This document shows positions 37,898 to 47,011 of a stretch of 64,000 nt of DNA, in pieces. The translations under genes were made by a program, and so were the position numbers. The DNA comes from Solirubrobacterales bacterium. GTDB lineage: Bacteria; Actinomycetota; Thermoleophilia; Solirubrobacterales; 70-9. Location of the stretch: assembly GCA_035573435.1 (NCBI GenBank), contig DATMZR010000031.1:214066-278065 (forward strand), given 5' to 3'. The stretch's first letter is position 1; each line of letters begins with the position of its first letter. A model generated the notes under the pieces. It saw only the letters and a list, made by a program, of their open reading frames with translations. It was not told the DNA's origin and made no database searches.

Positions 37898-39250
37898 GTG
37901 CGCTGGCTGTTCATCAAGGACCTTCAGATCCTGCGCCGTTCGCCCTTGGTCACGACGCTGCTCGTCGTTTATCCGGCCGTGATCGCCGTGCTGATCGGCT
38001 TTGCGCTGTCGCGGGGGCCGGAGACGCCCCGGGTTGCTTTCCTCAACGAGGTCCCCCAGGGCCAGACGCTGGTGCTTGCCGGGACGGAGTTCGATATCGC
38101 CGGCGCACGCACCGAGCTCTGCGCGCGAATTGACTGCATTCCCGTGTCCAACGAGGATGAGGCACGCGACATGGTCCGCTCGGGTGACGCGCTGGCGGCC
38201 CTGATCCTGCCCTCGGACCTGATCGACAGGCTCGAATCGCTGAGCACGCTCTCGCCCTCGCAGCCGACCGTGCGAGTGCTGGTCAACGAGGAGGACCCCA
38301 TCAAGGCGCGGCTGGTGGACGATCGCATCAGCTCTTTGGTAACGCAGGCCAACCTCAGGATCTCGAAGCAGGTGACGCGGATCTCGGCCAATTACCTTCG
38401 CCTCCTGCTCGAAGGGGGGAACTTCAACCTGCTCGGGCAGACGTTGAACGTGCTGGGTCTCAAGAACACAGAGCGCATCCTCGAGGCGCTGCGGCCGGAG
38501 CTCCCTGCCGACAGCCCGTCCGCCGGCGCGCTCGACCGGGTGATTCAGTTCTCCCGGCTCGCGCGCCAGAACCTGAACCTCGCCAGTCCGGTGCTGGGCG
38601 CCATCGCCCACCCGATCGACGTTCAAAAGGAGGTCATCTCGGGCTCGCCGCCCAGCCTCGACTCGTTCGCGATCGCTGTGGCCGTGACGGTGACCCTGAT
38701 GTTCGTCACCGTGCTGCTGGTTGCAGGCTCGCTGGCGCTCGAGCGCGAGGAGAACGCCTTCCCGCGGCTTACCCGCGGACTGGTGGGACGGACGGCGCTC
38801 CTGGTGGAGAAGGTGGGGCTGGGAGTGGCGCTATCGCTCCTGGTCACCCTGCTGATGGTGGCCGGCCTGGCGCTCTTTGTGGACGTCGATTGGGCCCGCT
38901 TCCCCTTGTTCGGGGCGGCGATCGTGGCGGGCGGCGCCGCCTTCGCCGCCTTCGGAGCAGCGATCGGCGGGGCGGCTCGCGAGGTCCGGGCCAGCTCCCT
39001 GCTCGCCTTCATGATCTCGCTGCCGGTTGCCTTCATCTCCCTGGTCGGCTCGGGCACTGTCAGTCCCACCCTGTACGACGTGATCAAGGTGATCCGTGCG
39101 CTGTTCCCGTTCGACCCGGCGCTGGACGCGATCTCGGGAGGCCTGGAGGCGGCCGGGCCCGGTCTCGGCGCGGCGGTTCTTCACCTGGCGATCCTCACTG
39201 CGGCCTACGGAGTGCTGGCGCGCCTGGCGTTGCGCCGCTTTGCTGCCTGA
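37898..39250 (+). CDS. ABC-2 family transporter permease with large extracytoplasmic loop
   Basis: 450 aa. One N-terminal TM helix, a loop of about 230 aa, then 5 C-terminal TM helices. Lies directly downstream of the ATPase. Confidence 0.8.
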   Translation: MRWLFIKDLQILRRSPLVTTLLVVYPAVIAVLIGFALSRGPETPRVAFLNEVPQGQTLVLAGTEFDIAGARTELCARIDCIPVSNEDEARDMVRSGDALAALILPSDLIDRLESLSTLSPSQPTVRVLVNEEDPIKARLVDDRISSLVTQANLRISKQVTRISANYLRLLLEGGNFNLLGQTLNVLGLKNTERILEALRPELPADSPSAGALDRVIQFSRLARQNLNLASPVLGAIAHPIDVQKEVISGSPPSLDSFAIAVAVTVTLMFVTVLLVAGSLALEREENAFPRLTRGLVGRTALLVEKVGLGVALSLLVTLLMVAGLALFVDVDWARFPLFGAAIVAGGAAFAAFGAAIGGAAREVRASSLLAFMISLPVAFISLVGSGTVSPTLYDVIKVIRALFPFDPALDAISGGLEAAGPGLGAAVLHLAILTAAYGVLARLALRRFAA

Positions 39251-39300
39251 GGTGTGTGGCAAAGGCGGCGATTCTGAGCCCCCGCCCTAGAATCACGCTC

Positions 39301-40269
39301 GTGAGCTTTCCCGCCACCCGCATGCGGAGGCTTCGGCGCACGAGGGCCCTGCGCGATCTCGTGCGAGAGACCGAGCTTTCGCCGCGCCACCTGGTGCAGC
39401 CCCTGTTCGTCGTCGCCGGCGAGGGAGTGCGCGAAGAGGTCCCCGCGATGCCGGGCATCGAGCGCTTCTCGATCTCGGAACTGGTGGCCGAGGCGACTGA
39501 GCTTCAGGCTGCCGGGATCGGCGCCGTGATCCTGTTCGGCATCCCGGCTTCCAAGGACGAGGCGGGCTCGGGCGCGTACGACCCCGAGGGCGTCGTACAG
39601 ATGGCCGTTCGGGCGCTCAAAGACGCCCACCCCGACCTGGTCGTGATCACCGACGTCTGCCTGTGCGAGTACACGTCACACGGCCACTGCGGAGTGGTTC
39701 GCGACGGCGAGGTCGACAACGACCTGACCCTGGAGCTGCTCGCGAAGACGGCCGTCTCCCTCGCCGATGCCGGGGCGGACGTGGTGGCGCCCAGCGACAT
39801 GATGGACGGCCGCGTGGGAGTGATCCGCACCCAGCTCGACGATGAGGGCCACCAGAACGTCGCGATCGTCGCCTACAGCGCCAAGTACGCCTCGGCGTTC
39901 TACGGGCCGTTCCGCGAGGCCGCGGAGTCCACTCCGGAGTTCGGGGATCGCCGCGGATACCAGATGGACCCGGCGAACGCCCTGGAGGGACTCCGCGAGG
40001 CGAAGCTCGACCTCGCCGAGGGCGCGGACGTGCTCATGGTGAAGCCCGCCACTCCCTACCTCGACGTGATCCGCCTGGTGAAGGAGGAGACGGAGGCCCC
40101 GGTGGCCGCGTTCCACGTTTCCGGCGAGTACTCGATGCTGAAGGCCGCGGCCCGCAACGGCTGGCTGGACGAGCGATCCGCGGTGCTCGAGACGCTGACC
40201 GCCATCCGCCGGGCCGGCGCCGATCTGGTGTTCACCTACTACGCGAAGGAAGCCGCGGGTTGGCTCTGA
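39301..40269 (+). CDS. hemB: Porphobilinogen synthase (delta-aminolevulinic acid dehydratase)
   Basis: GTG at 39301 within ORF 38890..40269. RMRRLRRTRALRDLVRETELSPRHLVQPLFV, DVCLCEYTSHGHCG, APSDMMDGR and YQMDPAN...MVKPA. Confidence 0.9.
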   Translation: MSFPATRMRRLRRTRALRDLVRETELSPRHLVQPLFVVAGEGVREEVPAMPGIERFSISELVAEATELQAAGIGAVILFGIPASKDEAGSGAYDPEGVVQMAVRALKDAHPDLVVITDVCLCEYTSHGHCGVVRDGEVDNDLTLELLAKTAVSLADAGADVVAPSDMMDGRVGVIRTQLDDEGHQNVAIVAYSAKYASAFYGPFREAAESTPEFGDRRGYQMDPANALEGLREAKLDLAEGADVLMVKPATPYLDVIRLVKEETEAPVAAFHVSGEYSMLKAAARNGWLDERSAVLETLTAIRRAGADLVFTYYAKEAAGWL

Positions 40270-41363
40270 GCGGGGCCAGCTCGCCACTGCGGGAGCCGCG
40301 GTCAAAGGCTCGCTCGCGCAAGGCCGGCGCCGCCGTGCCGCTGGACGCGGCCGACAAGCTCCTGTTGAACCTGCTCCAGTCGAGCTTTCCGCTGGAGCCC
40401 GAGCCGTTCGCGGGCATCGCCAAGCAGGCGGAGCTGCCTGTGGATGAGGTTCAGGCGCGCACGCAGCGGCTCCTCGACGAACGGATCATCCGCGAGATCA
40501 CGCCGATCTTCGACACCCGGGCGCTCGGCTATGCGTCGATGCTGGTCGCCGCCAAGGTCGACTCCGCCAACCCCCAGCGCGCCGCACAAATCATCAGCGA
40601 ACACCCAGGCGTCTCCCACAACTACCTCCGCACCCACGAGTTCAACCTCTGGTTCACGATCGCCACGCCCCCTGACTCCACCCTGGGGATCGAGCGCACT
40701 TTGGAGGTGCTCAGGGCCGAGACCGGCGCCGAGTCGATCCGCCAGCTCCCCACCCTGACTCTGTTCAAGATCAACATGAACCTCGAGATGGAGCAGGGGA
40801 CCGAGGCGCTGGCGGCGGCGGTTGACGCCACGCCGCCGCGGGAGCTGGTCGCACAGCCCTACGACGAGCTGGACGTGGCCGTGATCCGCGCTCTCCAGGG
40901 GCCGATGGCAGTGTCGGATCGTCCCTACGACCGTGCGGCTGAGCAGGTCGGCATGGGCACCGACGGGTTCTTGGAGCACCTGGCGAAGATGGTCGAGCGA
41001 AAGCTCCTGCGGCGTGTGGCGGCGATCCTCTACCACCGGCGGGCCGGATTCTCGGCCAACGGGATGGGGGTGTGGCGAGTCTCCTCGGATCAGGTGCTCG
41101 AGGTCGGCAGGAGCATGGCTGCGGTGCGGGGCATCTCCCACTGCTACGAGCGACCCACGTATCCAGACTGGCCGTATTCGTTGTTCACGATGGCGCACGG
41201 GCGCTCGAAGCCTGAGTGCGACGCCATCCTCGACCGGATCGCCGACGAGCATGGACTGCACGGCGACGACCGCGCAGTCCTCTACTCCTCCACCGAGTTC
41301 AAGAAGGTGAGGCTGCTCTATTTCACGGAGGACCACGCGAACTGGGAGGCTCAGCACTCCTGA
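40260..41363 (+). CDS. ahbAB: Fused siroheme decarboxylase-like protein (AhbA/AhbB or NirD/NirL type; two Lrp/AsnC-like modules)
   Basis: Two tandem modules. LLNLLQSSFPLEPEPF...GVSHNYLRTHEFNLWFT and IRALQGPMAVSDRPY...GFSANGMGVWRV...ISHCYERPTYPDWPYSLFTMAHG. Start TTG 40260 or GTG 40335. Confidence 0.75.
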   Translation: MALSGASSPLREPRSKARSRKAGAAVPLDAADKLLLNLLQSSFPLEPEPFAGIAKQAELPVDEVQARTQRLLDERIIREITPIFDTRALGYASMLVAAKVDSANPQRAAQIISEHPGVSHNYLRTHEFNLWFTIATPPDSTLGIERTLEVLRAETGAESIRQLPTLTLFKINMNLEMEQGTEALAAAVDATPPRELVAQPYDELDVAVIRALQGPMAVSDRPYDRAAEQVGMGTDGFLEHLAKMVERKLLRRVAAILYHRRAGFSANGMGVWRVSSDQVLEVGRSMAAVRGISHCYERPTYPDWPYSLFTMAHGRSKPECDAILDRIADEHGLHGDDRAVLYSSTEFKKVRLLYFTEDHANWEAQHS

Positions 41364-42667
41364 GCACCGCAGGCTCCCCGGGGCCCGAGTCACCAGGTAA
41401 GAGGTCTGAGGAGCTGTATCGCCGCGCGCTTGGCTTGATGCCGGGTGGCGTCAACTCGCCGGTGCGCGCGATGCGCTCCATCGGCCGCGACCACCCGGTC
41501 TTCGTGGAGCGCGGCGAGGGCTCCGAGCTCGTCGACGTCGACGGCAACCGCTACGTCGACTGGGTCTGCTCCTGGGGGCCGCTGATCCTCGGCCACGCTC
41601 ATCCCGGCGTGGTGAACGCGGTGCGGCAGGCAGCCGAGCGAGGGACGAGCTACGGGGCGCCCACCGAGGGCGAGGTGGAGCTGGCGGAAGAGGTGGGCCG
41701 GCGGTTCGGGTCGGTGGAGATGCTGCGGATGGTCAATTCCGGAACCGAGGCCTCGATGAGCGCCGTGCGGCTGGCTCGAGCGGCGACTGGGCGGGGGCTG
41801 GTGGTGAAGTTCGCCGGTGCGTACCACGGGCACGTCGACGGACTCCTCGCAGAGGCCGGCTCCGGGCTGGCGACGCAGGGCATCCCGGCCAGCCCAGGAG
41901 TGACGGCGGCGCAGGCCTCCGAGGTGATCGTGGTCCCATGGAACGACCGCGAAGCTGTGGCAGCGGCGGTCGCCCAGCAGCCGGTGGCGGCGATTCTGGC
42001 CGAGCCCGTGGCGGCGAACATGGGAGTGGTTCCCCCGGTCGACGGCTTCCTTGGCTTTCTGCGCGAGCAGGCCGACGCAGGTGGGGCGCTGCTCGTGTTC
42101 GACGAGGTGATCACGGGTTTCAGGGTGGCGCGGGGGGGTGCCCAGGACCTCTACGGGGTCGACGCCGACCTGACGATCATGGGCAAGGTGCTGGGTGGCG
42201 GCTTGCCGGCCGCGGCGTACGGCGGACGGCGGGAGCTGATGGAGCAGGTGGCGCCGGCCGGCGACGTGTACCAGGCCGGCACGCTGGCGGGCAACCCGCT
42301 TGCCGTCGCCGCCGGGCTGGCGACGTTGCGCGAGCTCGACCCCGACGCCTACGAGCGCCTGGCCGAGCTCACGGACAGCCTCGCCAGCGCCCTTCGCGGC
42401 GCGGCCCGGAACCGGCCCGTGCAGGTCGCGTCGGTCTGCGGGCTCGTAACGCCCTTCTTCAGCGCGGCGCCGGTGCACGACTTCTCTGGCGCCGCGGCGT
42501 GTGACCTCGAGGCGTACGGCCGTTTCTGCCGGGCGCTCCTGGAGCGCGGGATCTACCCGCCGGCGTCGCAGTTCGAGGCGTGGTTCGTCTCCCTAGCCCA
42601 CGACGAGGCGGCGATCGCGAAGACCGCGACCGCCGCCTCGGAGGCGTTTGCGGAGGCGCTGAGCTAG
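41360..42667 (+). CDS. hemL: Glutamate-1-semialdehyde 2,1-aminomutase
   Basis: [24 protein letters not shown]...SWGPLILGH...NSGTEA...[10 protein letters not shown]...GKVLGGGLP. The start is unresolved. CTG 41360 with a GGGAGG 10 nt upstream is used here; GTG 41216 or ATG 41438 are alternatives. Confidence 0.9.
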   Translation: [435 protein letters not shown]

Positions 42668-44142
42668 CCCGCTTGGGGCATGGGCTCGCCCGCCGGCGCC
42701 CTTCCGAGCTCGACATGGGCACGGCTGTCTCGGCCGCGGATGAGCACCAGCGTCAGCACCAAGCCGAGCGCGGCGATCACCGCCCCGCCGAGGAATGCCG
42801 CCTGGAACCCCTCGGTGAGCGCGTTTGAGAGGGCCGAGGGGTCTCCTCCGGCCGACGCCATGACGTGGTCGGTTCGTGAGTTGGCGATCGTCGCCAGCAC
42901 CGCCAGCCCCAGCGCGCCGCCGATCTGCTGTGAGGTGTTGATCAGCCCGCTCGCGAGGCCGGATTCCTGCTCCCGCACGCCTGAGACCGCGGCGATCGTC
43001 GTCGTCACGAAAGCAAACCCGAGGCCCCCAGCGGCGAGCAGTGACGGGCCGAGGATGTCGGTTAGGAAGCCACCGCCGACCGAGACCTGCGAGAACCATC
43101 CCAGCCCGGTAGCGATCATCAGCATCCCGATGGCGAGCACCGGCTTGAAGCCAATTCTGGTCACGAGCTGGGAGGCGACTCCAGCGGAGACGATGATTCC
43201 CAGGGCCAGGGGCACGTATGAGAGACCGGCGTGAATCGCGCTGTAGCCGAGCACCTGTTGCATGTAGAGCGTGATGAAGAAGAACATCGAGAACAGCGAT
43301 GCGCCGACGAGGAGCCCGACGACGTTGGCGCCCGTGAGGGTCCGTAGGCGGAAGATCCGGAACGGCATCAGCGGAGCTTGAGAGCGCCGCTCGATCGCGA
43401 CGAAGGCCGCGAGCAGAGCAGCGGACACGCCGATCAAGCCCAGCGTCTGCAGCGATCCCCAGCCGGCGTCGGTCGCGTCGACGATCGCGTAGACCAGGAT
43501 CGAAAGCCCGGCGGTGACGCTGAACGCGCCGGCGGCATCGAAGTGGCGCGTGGCCGACTCCGAGCGGCTTTCGGCGATCAGCCGCGGCGCCATCGCCGCT
43601 ACCACGAGCGCGACGGGCACGTTGACCCACAGCACCCACTCCCAGCCGAGGCCATCAGTGAGGATTCCCCCGAGGAGCACCCCCGCGGCGCCCCCCGCTC
43701 CCGCCACCGCGCCCCACGCGCCCAGCGCCTTGTTGCGTTCCGCGCCGTCACGGAAGGTGGTGGTGACGATCGAGAGTGCCGACGGCGAGATGATCGCCGC
43801 GCCCAAGCCCTGGGCGGCCCGGGCCGCAATCAACTGGCCCTCCGTGGCCGCGAAGCCGGCCGCGAGCGAGGCCGCGGCTACCAGCAGCAGCCCGGAGATG
43901 AAGACTCGCCGGCGTCCCAGGAGGTCCGCCATTCGCCCGCCGAGCAGCAGGAACCCGCCGAAGGTGAGCACATACGCGTTCACCACCCAGGCGAGGTTCT
44001 CCTGAGAGAAGTCGAGCCCCTTGCCGATCGAGGGGAGGGCCACGTTCACGATGGATGCGTCGAGGACCACGATGAACTGCGCGAAGCAGAGCAGCGCAAG
44101 GGCGGTCCAGCGGCGGCGTTCGAACTCCTGGGCTGAGGTCAT
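42664..44142 (-). CDS. MFS transporter, DHA2 (EmrB/QacA, 14-TM) family efflux pump
   Basis: ORF 42664..44799 trimmed to the ATG at 44142, which has AAGGAGG upstream. WTALALLCFAQFIVVLDASIVNVALPSI and LLGGRMADLLGRRRVF. About 14 hydrophobic segments. Confidence 0.85.
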   Translation of the reverse strand: MTSAQEFERRRWTALALLCFAQFIVVLDASIVNVALPSIGKGLDFSQENLAWVVNAYVLTFGGFLLLGGRMADLLGRRRVFISGLLLVAAASLAAGFAATEGQLIAARAAQGLGAAIISPSALSIVTTTFRDGAERNKALGAWGAVAGAGGAAGVLLGGILTDGLGWEWVLWVNVPVALVVAAMAPRLIAESRSESATRHFDAAGAFSVTAGLSILVYAIVDATDAGWGSLQTLGLIGVSAALLAAFVAIERRSQAPLMPFRIFRLRTLTGANVVGLLVGASLFSMFFFITLYMQQVLGYSAIHAGLSYVPLALGIIVSAGVASQLVTRIGFKPVLAIGMLMIATGLGWFSQVSVGGGFLTDILGPSLLAAGGLGFAFVTTTIAAVSGVREQESGLASGLINTSQQIGGALGLAVLATIANSRTDHVMASAGGDPSALSNALTEGFQAAFLGGAVIAALGLVLTLVLIRGRDSRAHVELGRAPAGEPMPQAG

Positions 44143-44184
44143 CTCGGTGCCTCCTTGGCTTTCGACCGTTTCCTGTGCGATAAT

Positions 44185-44237
44185 CGGAAGCTGAGTTCCG
44201 GTTTCGGTTTGCACACTATACGGAATCTCGGTTCCGT
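44185..44237. promoter_or_regulatory. Two inverted repeats CGGAA-N6-TTCCG (candidate TetR operators) in the divergent MFS/TetR intergenic region
   Basis: CGGAAGCTGAGTTCCG at 44185-44200 and ACGGAATCTCGGTTCCGT at 44220-44237. Confidence 0.4.
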
Positions 44238-44287
44238 TTGCGTGCGGGCCGTCACAGATACGACGAATCGCCACCCAGAGAATCGAC

Positions 44288-44899
44288 ATGACCGCACAAG
44301 CAACCGCCACCGCTCCCGCCACCGAGGTCAAGCAGCGCGCCGACGCCCGCCGCAACCGCAAGCGCGTCCTGGATGCGGCCCGTCTGCTCCTCGCCGAGCA
44401 CGGCCTCGACGTCCACGTCGAGCGGATCGCCCGCGCGGCGGGGGTGGGAGTGGGGACCGTGTACCGGAACTTCCCGACCAAGGAGGATCTGCTCCAGGCC
44501 CTGGCCGACGAGCGCTTCGCATTCTTCGCCGACCGGGCCCGAGCCGCGCTCGACAATCCAGACGCTTGGGAGGGGTTCAGCGAGCTGATGCGCGAGTGCG
44601 CGCGGGTCACAGCCGAGGACCGGGCCCTGTCGGAGGCCATGGACCAGCTGCCCGGCCTCTGCGGTAACTCGGCTGAGAAGGCGGGGCTGAACGAGCTGAC
44701 GGGCGAGCTGATCGAGCGGGCCAAGGCGCAGGGAGTGATGCGCGCCGACTTCAGCATCGACGACATCCCGAGCATCATGCGCGGGTTGGCCCGCGCCACT
44801 GCGCCACAGGAGAATGCGCCGCAGCCGATGAGCTGGGAGCGCTACCTGGAGATCATCATCACCGGCCTCCGGGCACCCGCCAGCTCGCCGCTTCCGTAA
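44288..44899 (+). CDS. TetR/AcrR family transcriptional regulator
   Basis: N-terminal HTH RRNRKRVLDAARLLLAEHGLDVHVERIARAAGVGVGTVYRNFPTKEDLL. Divergent from the MFS pump. Confidence 0.85.
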   Translation: MTAQATATAPATEVKQRADARRNRKRVLDAARLLLAEHGLDVHVERIARAAGVGVGTVYRNFPTKEDLLQALADERFAFFADRARAALDNPDAWEGFSELMRECARVTAEDRALSEAMDQLPGLCGNSAEKAGLNELTGELIERAKAQGVMRADFSIDDIPSIMRGLARATAPQENAPQPMSWERYLEIIITGLRAPASSPLP

Positions 44900-44911
44900 G
44901 CTCAATCCTCC

Positions 44912-45526
44912 ATGAGCTCGCCCGAGGCCGCGCTGGAAGCGCTTGCCGCGCAGCTCCGCGCCGAAGAATCCGTCATCTCCCCGCAGGTGGCCGACCCCGA
45001 CGAGGCCGAGCCCGCATTCGGCTTGCTGGCCGCCGCGGGCCCCCGCGCTGCGAAGGCGCCTGCGGAGTACTCGCTCCTGGTCGAGTCGATTCGCGAGGGC
45101 TACCTGCTGCACTACGGCGAGCCCCGGGTGGTGGTCGGGACGGACGCCGATCTGGCCCTGCTGGCCGGCGACTACCTGTACGCGCTCGGCCTCGATCGGC
45201 TGGCGTCGCTCGGTGACCTCGAGGCGATCCGCGAGCTGGCCGACCTGATCTCGCTATCCGCCCAGCTTCACGACGGCTGCACGGACGAGGCGGCGCTCGG
45301 GCGAAGCGCGAACGCGCTCTGGCTGGGCTCGGTGACCGTGGTCGCCTCCGGGACCACACCCGACCATGAGCACGGAAAGTCGGCCCTTCGCGAGGGTCGT
45401 CCCGGTGGCCCCTCGGCACTCTGGGAGTCGGCGCACGGAACCGCGCTCGAGTCGGGCCTGGGTGACCAGCTGGAACGCGCGGCAGAGGCGATAGGCTTCG
45501 ATCCCGACCAGGATTTGCCCGCCTGA
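44912..45526 (+). CDS. Hypothetical protein, possibly heptaprenyl diphosphate synthase component I (HepS)-like
   Basis: 204 aa. DLALLAGDYLYALGLDRLASLGDLEAIRELADLIS resembles the LAGDxYS motif region of HepS as I remember it. Context with menG and hepT. Weak call. Confidence 0.35.
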   Translation: MSSPEAALEALAAQLRAEESVISPQVADPDEAEPAFGLLAAAGPRAAKAPAEYSLLVESIREGYLLHYGEPRVVVGTDADLALLAGDYLYALGLDRLASLGDLEAIRELADLISLSAQLHDGCTDEAALGRSANALWLGSVTVVASGTTPDHEHGKSALREGRPGGPSALWESAHGTALESGLGDQLERAAEAIGFDPDQDLPA

Positions 45527-45528
45527 AC

Positions 45529-46203
45529 GTGGCCGACGCCGCCGACAAGAGCAACGGTTCCCCTGGGGCCGGCGGTTTGCCGACGCCGGATCCGCCGGGG
45601 CACTTCGAGGGCGAGTCGATGAATCGCCGCAAGGCGCTGACCATCGCCGGCCAGGCGGTTGGCGGCCTCGCCGGCGCGGTCATCGTTCTCCCCGCAGTCG
45701 GCTTCGCGGTGGCGCCGATCTTCGACAGCCCGGAGGAGCGCTGGGAGAGCGTCGGGCCGGTCAGCCGGTTCAGGGCCGATGTCTACAAGCCGGTCGTCTT
45801 CACGCTGGTCGAGGGGGTCGGCGAGGCGGGGAAGACCACCGCCTACGTGCGCCGCAGCGACCCCCAGACGTTCCCCAGCGAGAGCCCAGGGACCTTCATC
45901 GCGCTCTCGACCCGCTGCGCTCACCTGGGCTGCCCGGTGAAGTTCGTCGACGCCGCCGGCAACTTCATTTGCCCCTGCCACGGCGGCGTCTACGACTTCG
46001 AGGGGAAGGTGATCGGCGGCCCTCCGGTGCGGCCGCTCGATCGCTTCCAGACCCGCGTGCGCAACGGCCAAGTACAGCTCGGTCCTCGCTACAGCGTCAC
46101 CTCGCAGCTCGATCCGGTTCGGTACCGAGACCCGGGTGAGTTCACGGGCGGGATCTGGAACGTCCTCTATCCGCCGCGTCCCTCCACCCCTCCGCCGCCG
46201 TGA
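45529..46203 (+). CDS. qcrA: Rieske [2Fe-2S] subunit of a menaquinol:cytochrome c reductase (b6c type)
   Basis: CAHLGCPV...CPCHGGVYD Rieske boxes. N-terminal anchor NRRKALTIAGQAVGGLAG. Confidence 0.85.
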   Translation: MADAADKSNGSPGAGGLPTPDPPGHFEGESMNRRKALTIAGQAVGGLAGAVIVLPAVGFAVAPIFDSPEERWESVGPVSRFRADVYKPVVFTLVEGVGEAGKTTAYVRRSDPQTFPSESPGTFIALSTRCAHLGCPVKFVDAAGNFICPCHGGVYDFEGKVIGGPPVRPLDRFQTRVRNGQVQLGPRYSVTSQLDPVRYRDPGEFTGGIWNVLYPPRPSTPPPP

Positions 46204-46216
46204 TGGGACCCCCCCG

Positions 46217-47011
46217 ATGAAGTTCCCCGACATGCTTATTCCCGGCCCTCTGAAGAAGCCGCAGAAGCCCGGCACCGGCGACGGCGCCGCGCCGGCGGAG
46301 GGCCTCCAGGGAGCCCCGGCCGACCTCGTCGGCTGGGTCGACGAGCGCACCGGGGGCGCGAGCTTCCTCACCGGGATGCTCTACCGGAAGGTGCCGAAGG
46401 GCACCAACTGGTTCTACACGCTCGGTTCGGCGACGCTGTTCGCGTTCACGGTCCAGGCGGTGACCGGGGTCTTCCTGGCGATGTACTACGACCCGTCCCC
46501 GACCCAGGCGTACGCGTCGGTCTCCCACCTCACGAACGACGTCTTCCTGGGCGAGTTCGTGCGCGGCATGCACAAGTGGGGCGCCAGCGTGATGATCATC
46601 CTGATCTGGCTCCACATGGCGCGCACCTTCGTGTTCGGCGCCTACAAGTACCCGCGCGAGCTGAATTGGGTGATCGGAGTGGTGCTGCTGATCTTGACCA
46701 TGGTCATGGGCTTCACCGGCTACCTGTTGCCCTTCGACCAGCGCTCGTTCTGGGCCACCGTGGTCGGCGTCAACATCACCGGCACCGGACCACTCCTCGG
46801 GCCCTATCTGGCGGATTTCCTGAGAGGTGGCGCGGAGTTCGGGCAGACGACCCTGTCGCGCTTCTATGCGATCCACATGCTCCTGCTGCCCGGGCTGATC
46901 ATCGCCCTGATCGGAGCCCACCTGTACCTGGTGGTGAAGCTCGGCACCACGGCGCCGCCCTGGCTGGAGCCGAAGCGCCGCAGGACGATCGTCAAGGAGG
47001 AGAGGGTTTGA
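46217..47011 (+). CDS. qcrB: Cytochrome b6-like subunit (split cytochrome b, N-terminal part)
   Basis: ATG at 46217. VRGMHKWGASVMIILIWLHMARTF...GYLLPFDQRSFWAT...FYAIHMLLLPGLIIALIGAHL, with the heme-ligand histidines. Confidence 0.85.
   Translation: MKFPDMLIPGPLKKPQKPGTGDGAAPAEGLQGAPADLVGWVDERTGGASFLTGMLYRKVPKGTNWFYTLGSATLFAFTVQAVTGVFLAMYYDPSPTQAYASVSHLTNDVFLGEFVRGMHKWGASVMIILIWLHMARTFVFGAYKYPRELNWVIGVVLLILTMVMGFTGYLLPFDQRSFWATVVGVNITGTGPLLGPYLADFLRGGAEFGQTTLSRFYAIHMLLLPGLIIALIGAHLYLVVKLGTTAPPWLEPKRRRTIVKEERV

Noticed and set aside
42664-42667. Convergent gene pairs sharing overlapping stop codons within a CTAG palindrome: hemL/MFS here and hepT/zinc-ribbon at 49473-49476.
   Set aside because: This is a curious coincidence of compact gene packing. 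TAG read on both strands of CTAG is trivial, and two cases do not indicate a signal.
44143-44799. N-terminal 219 codons of the 711-aa track ORF 42664..44799.
   Set aside because: This part is antisense to the TetR gene and low-complexity. The MFS homology starts at the ATG at 44142, which has an AAGGAGG ribosome-binding site.
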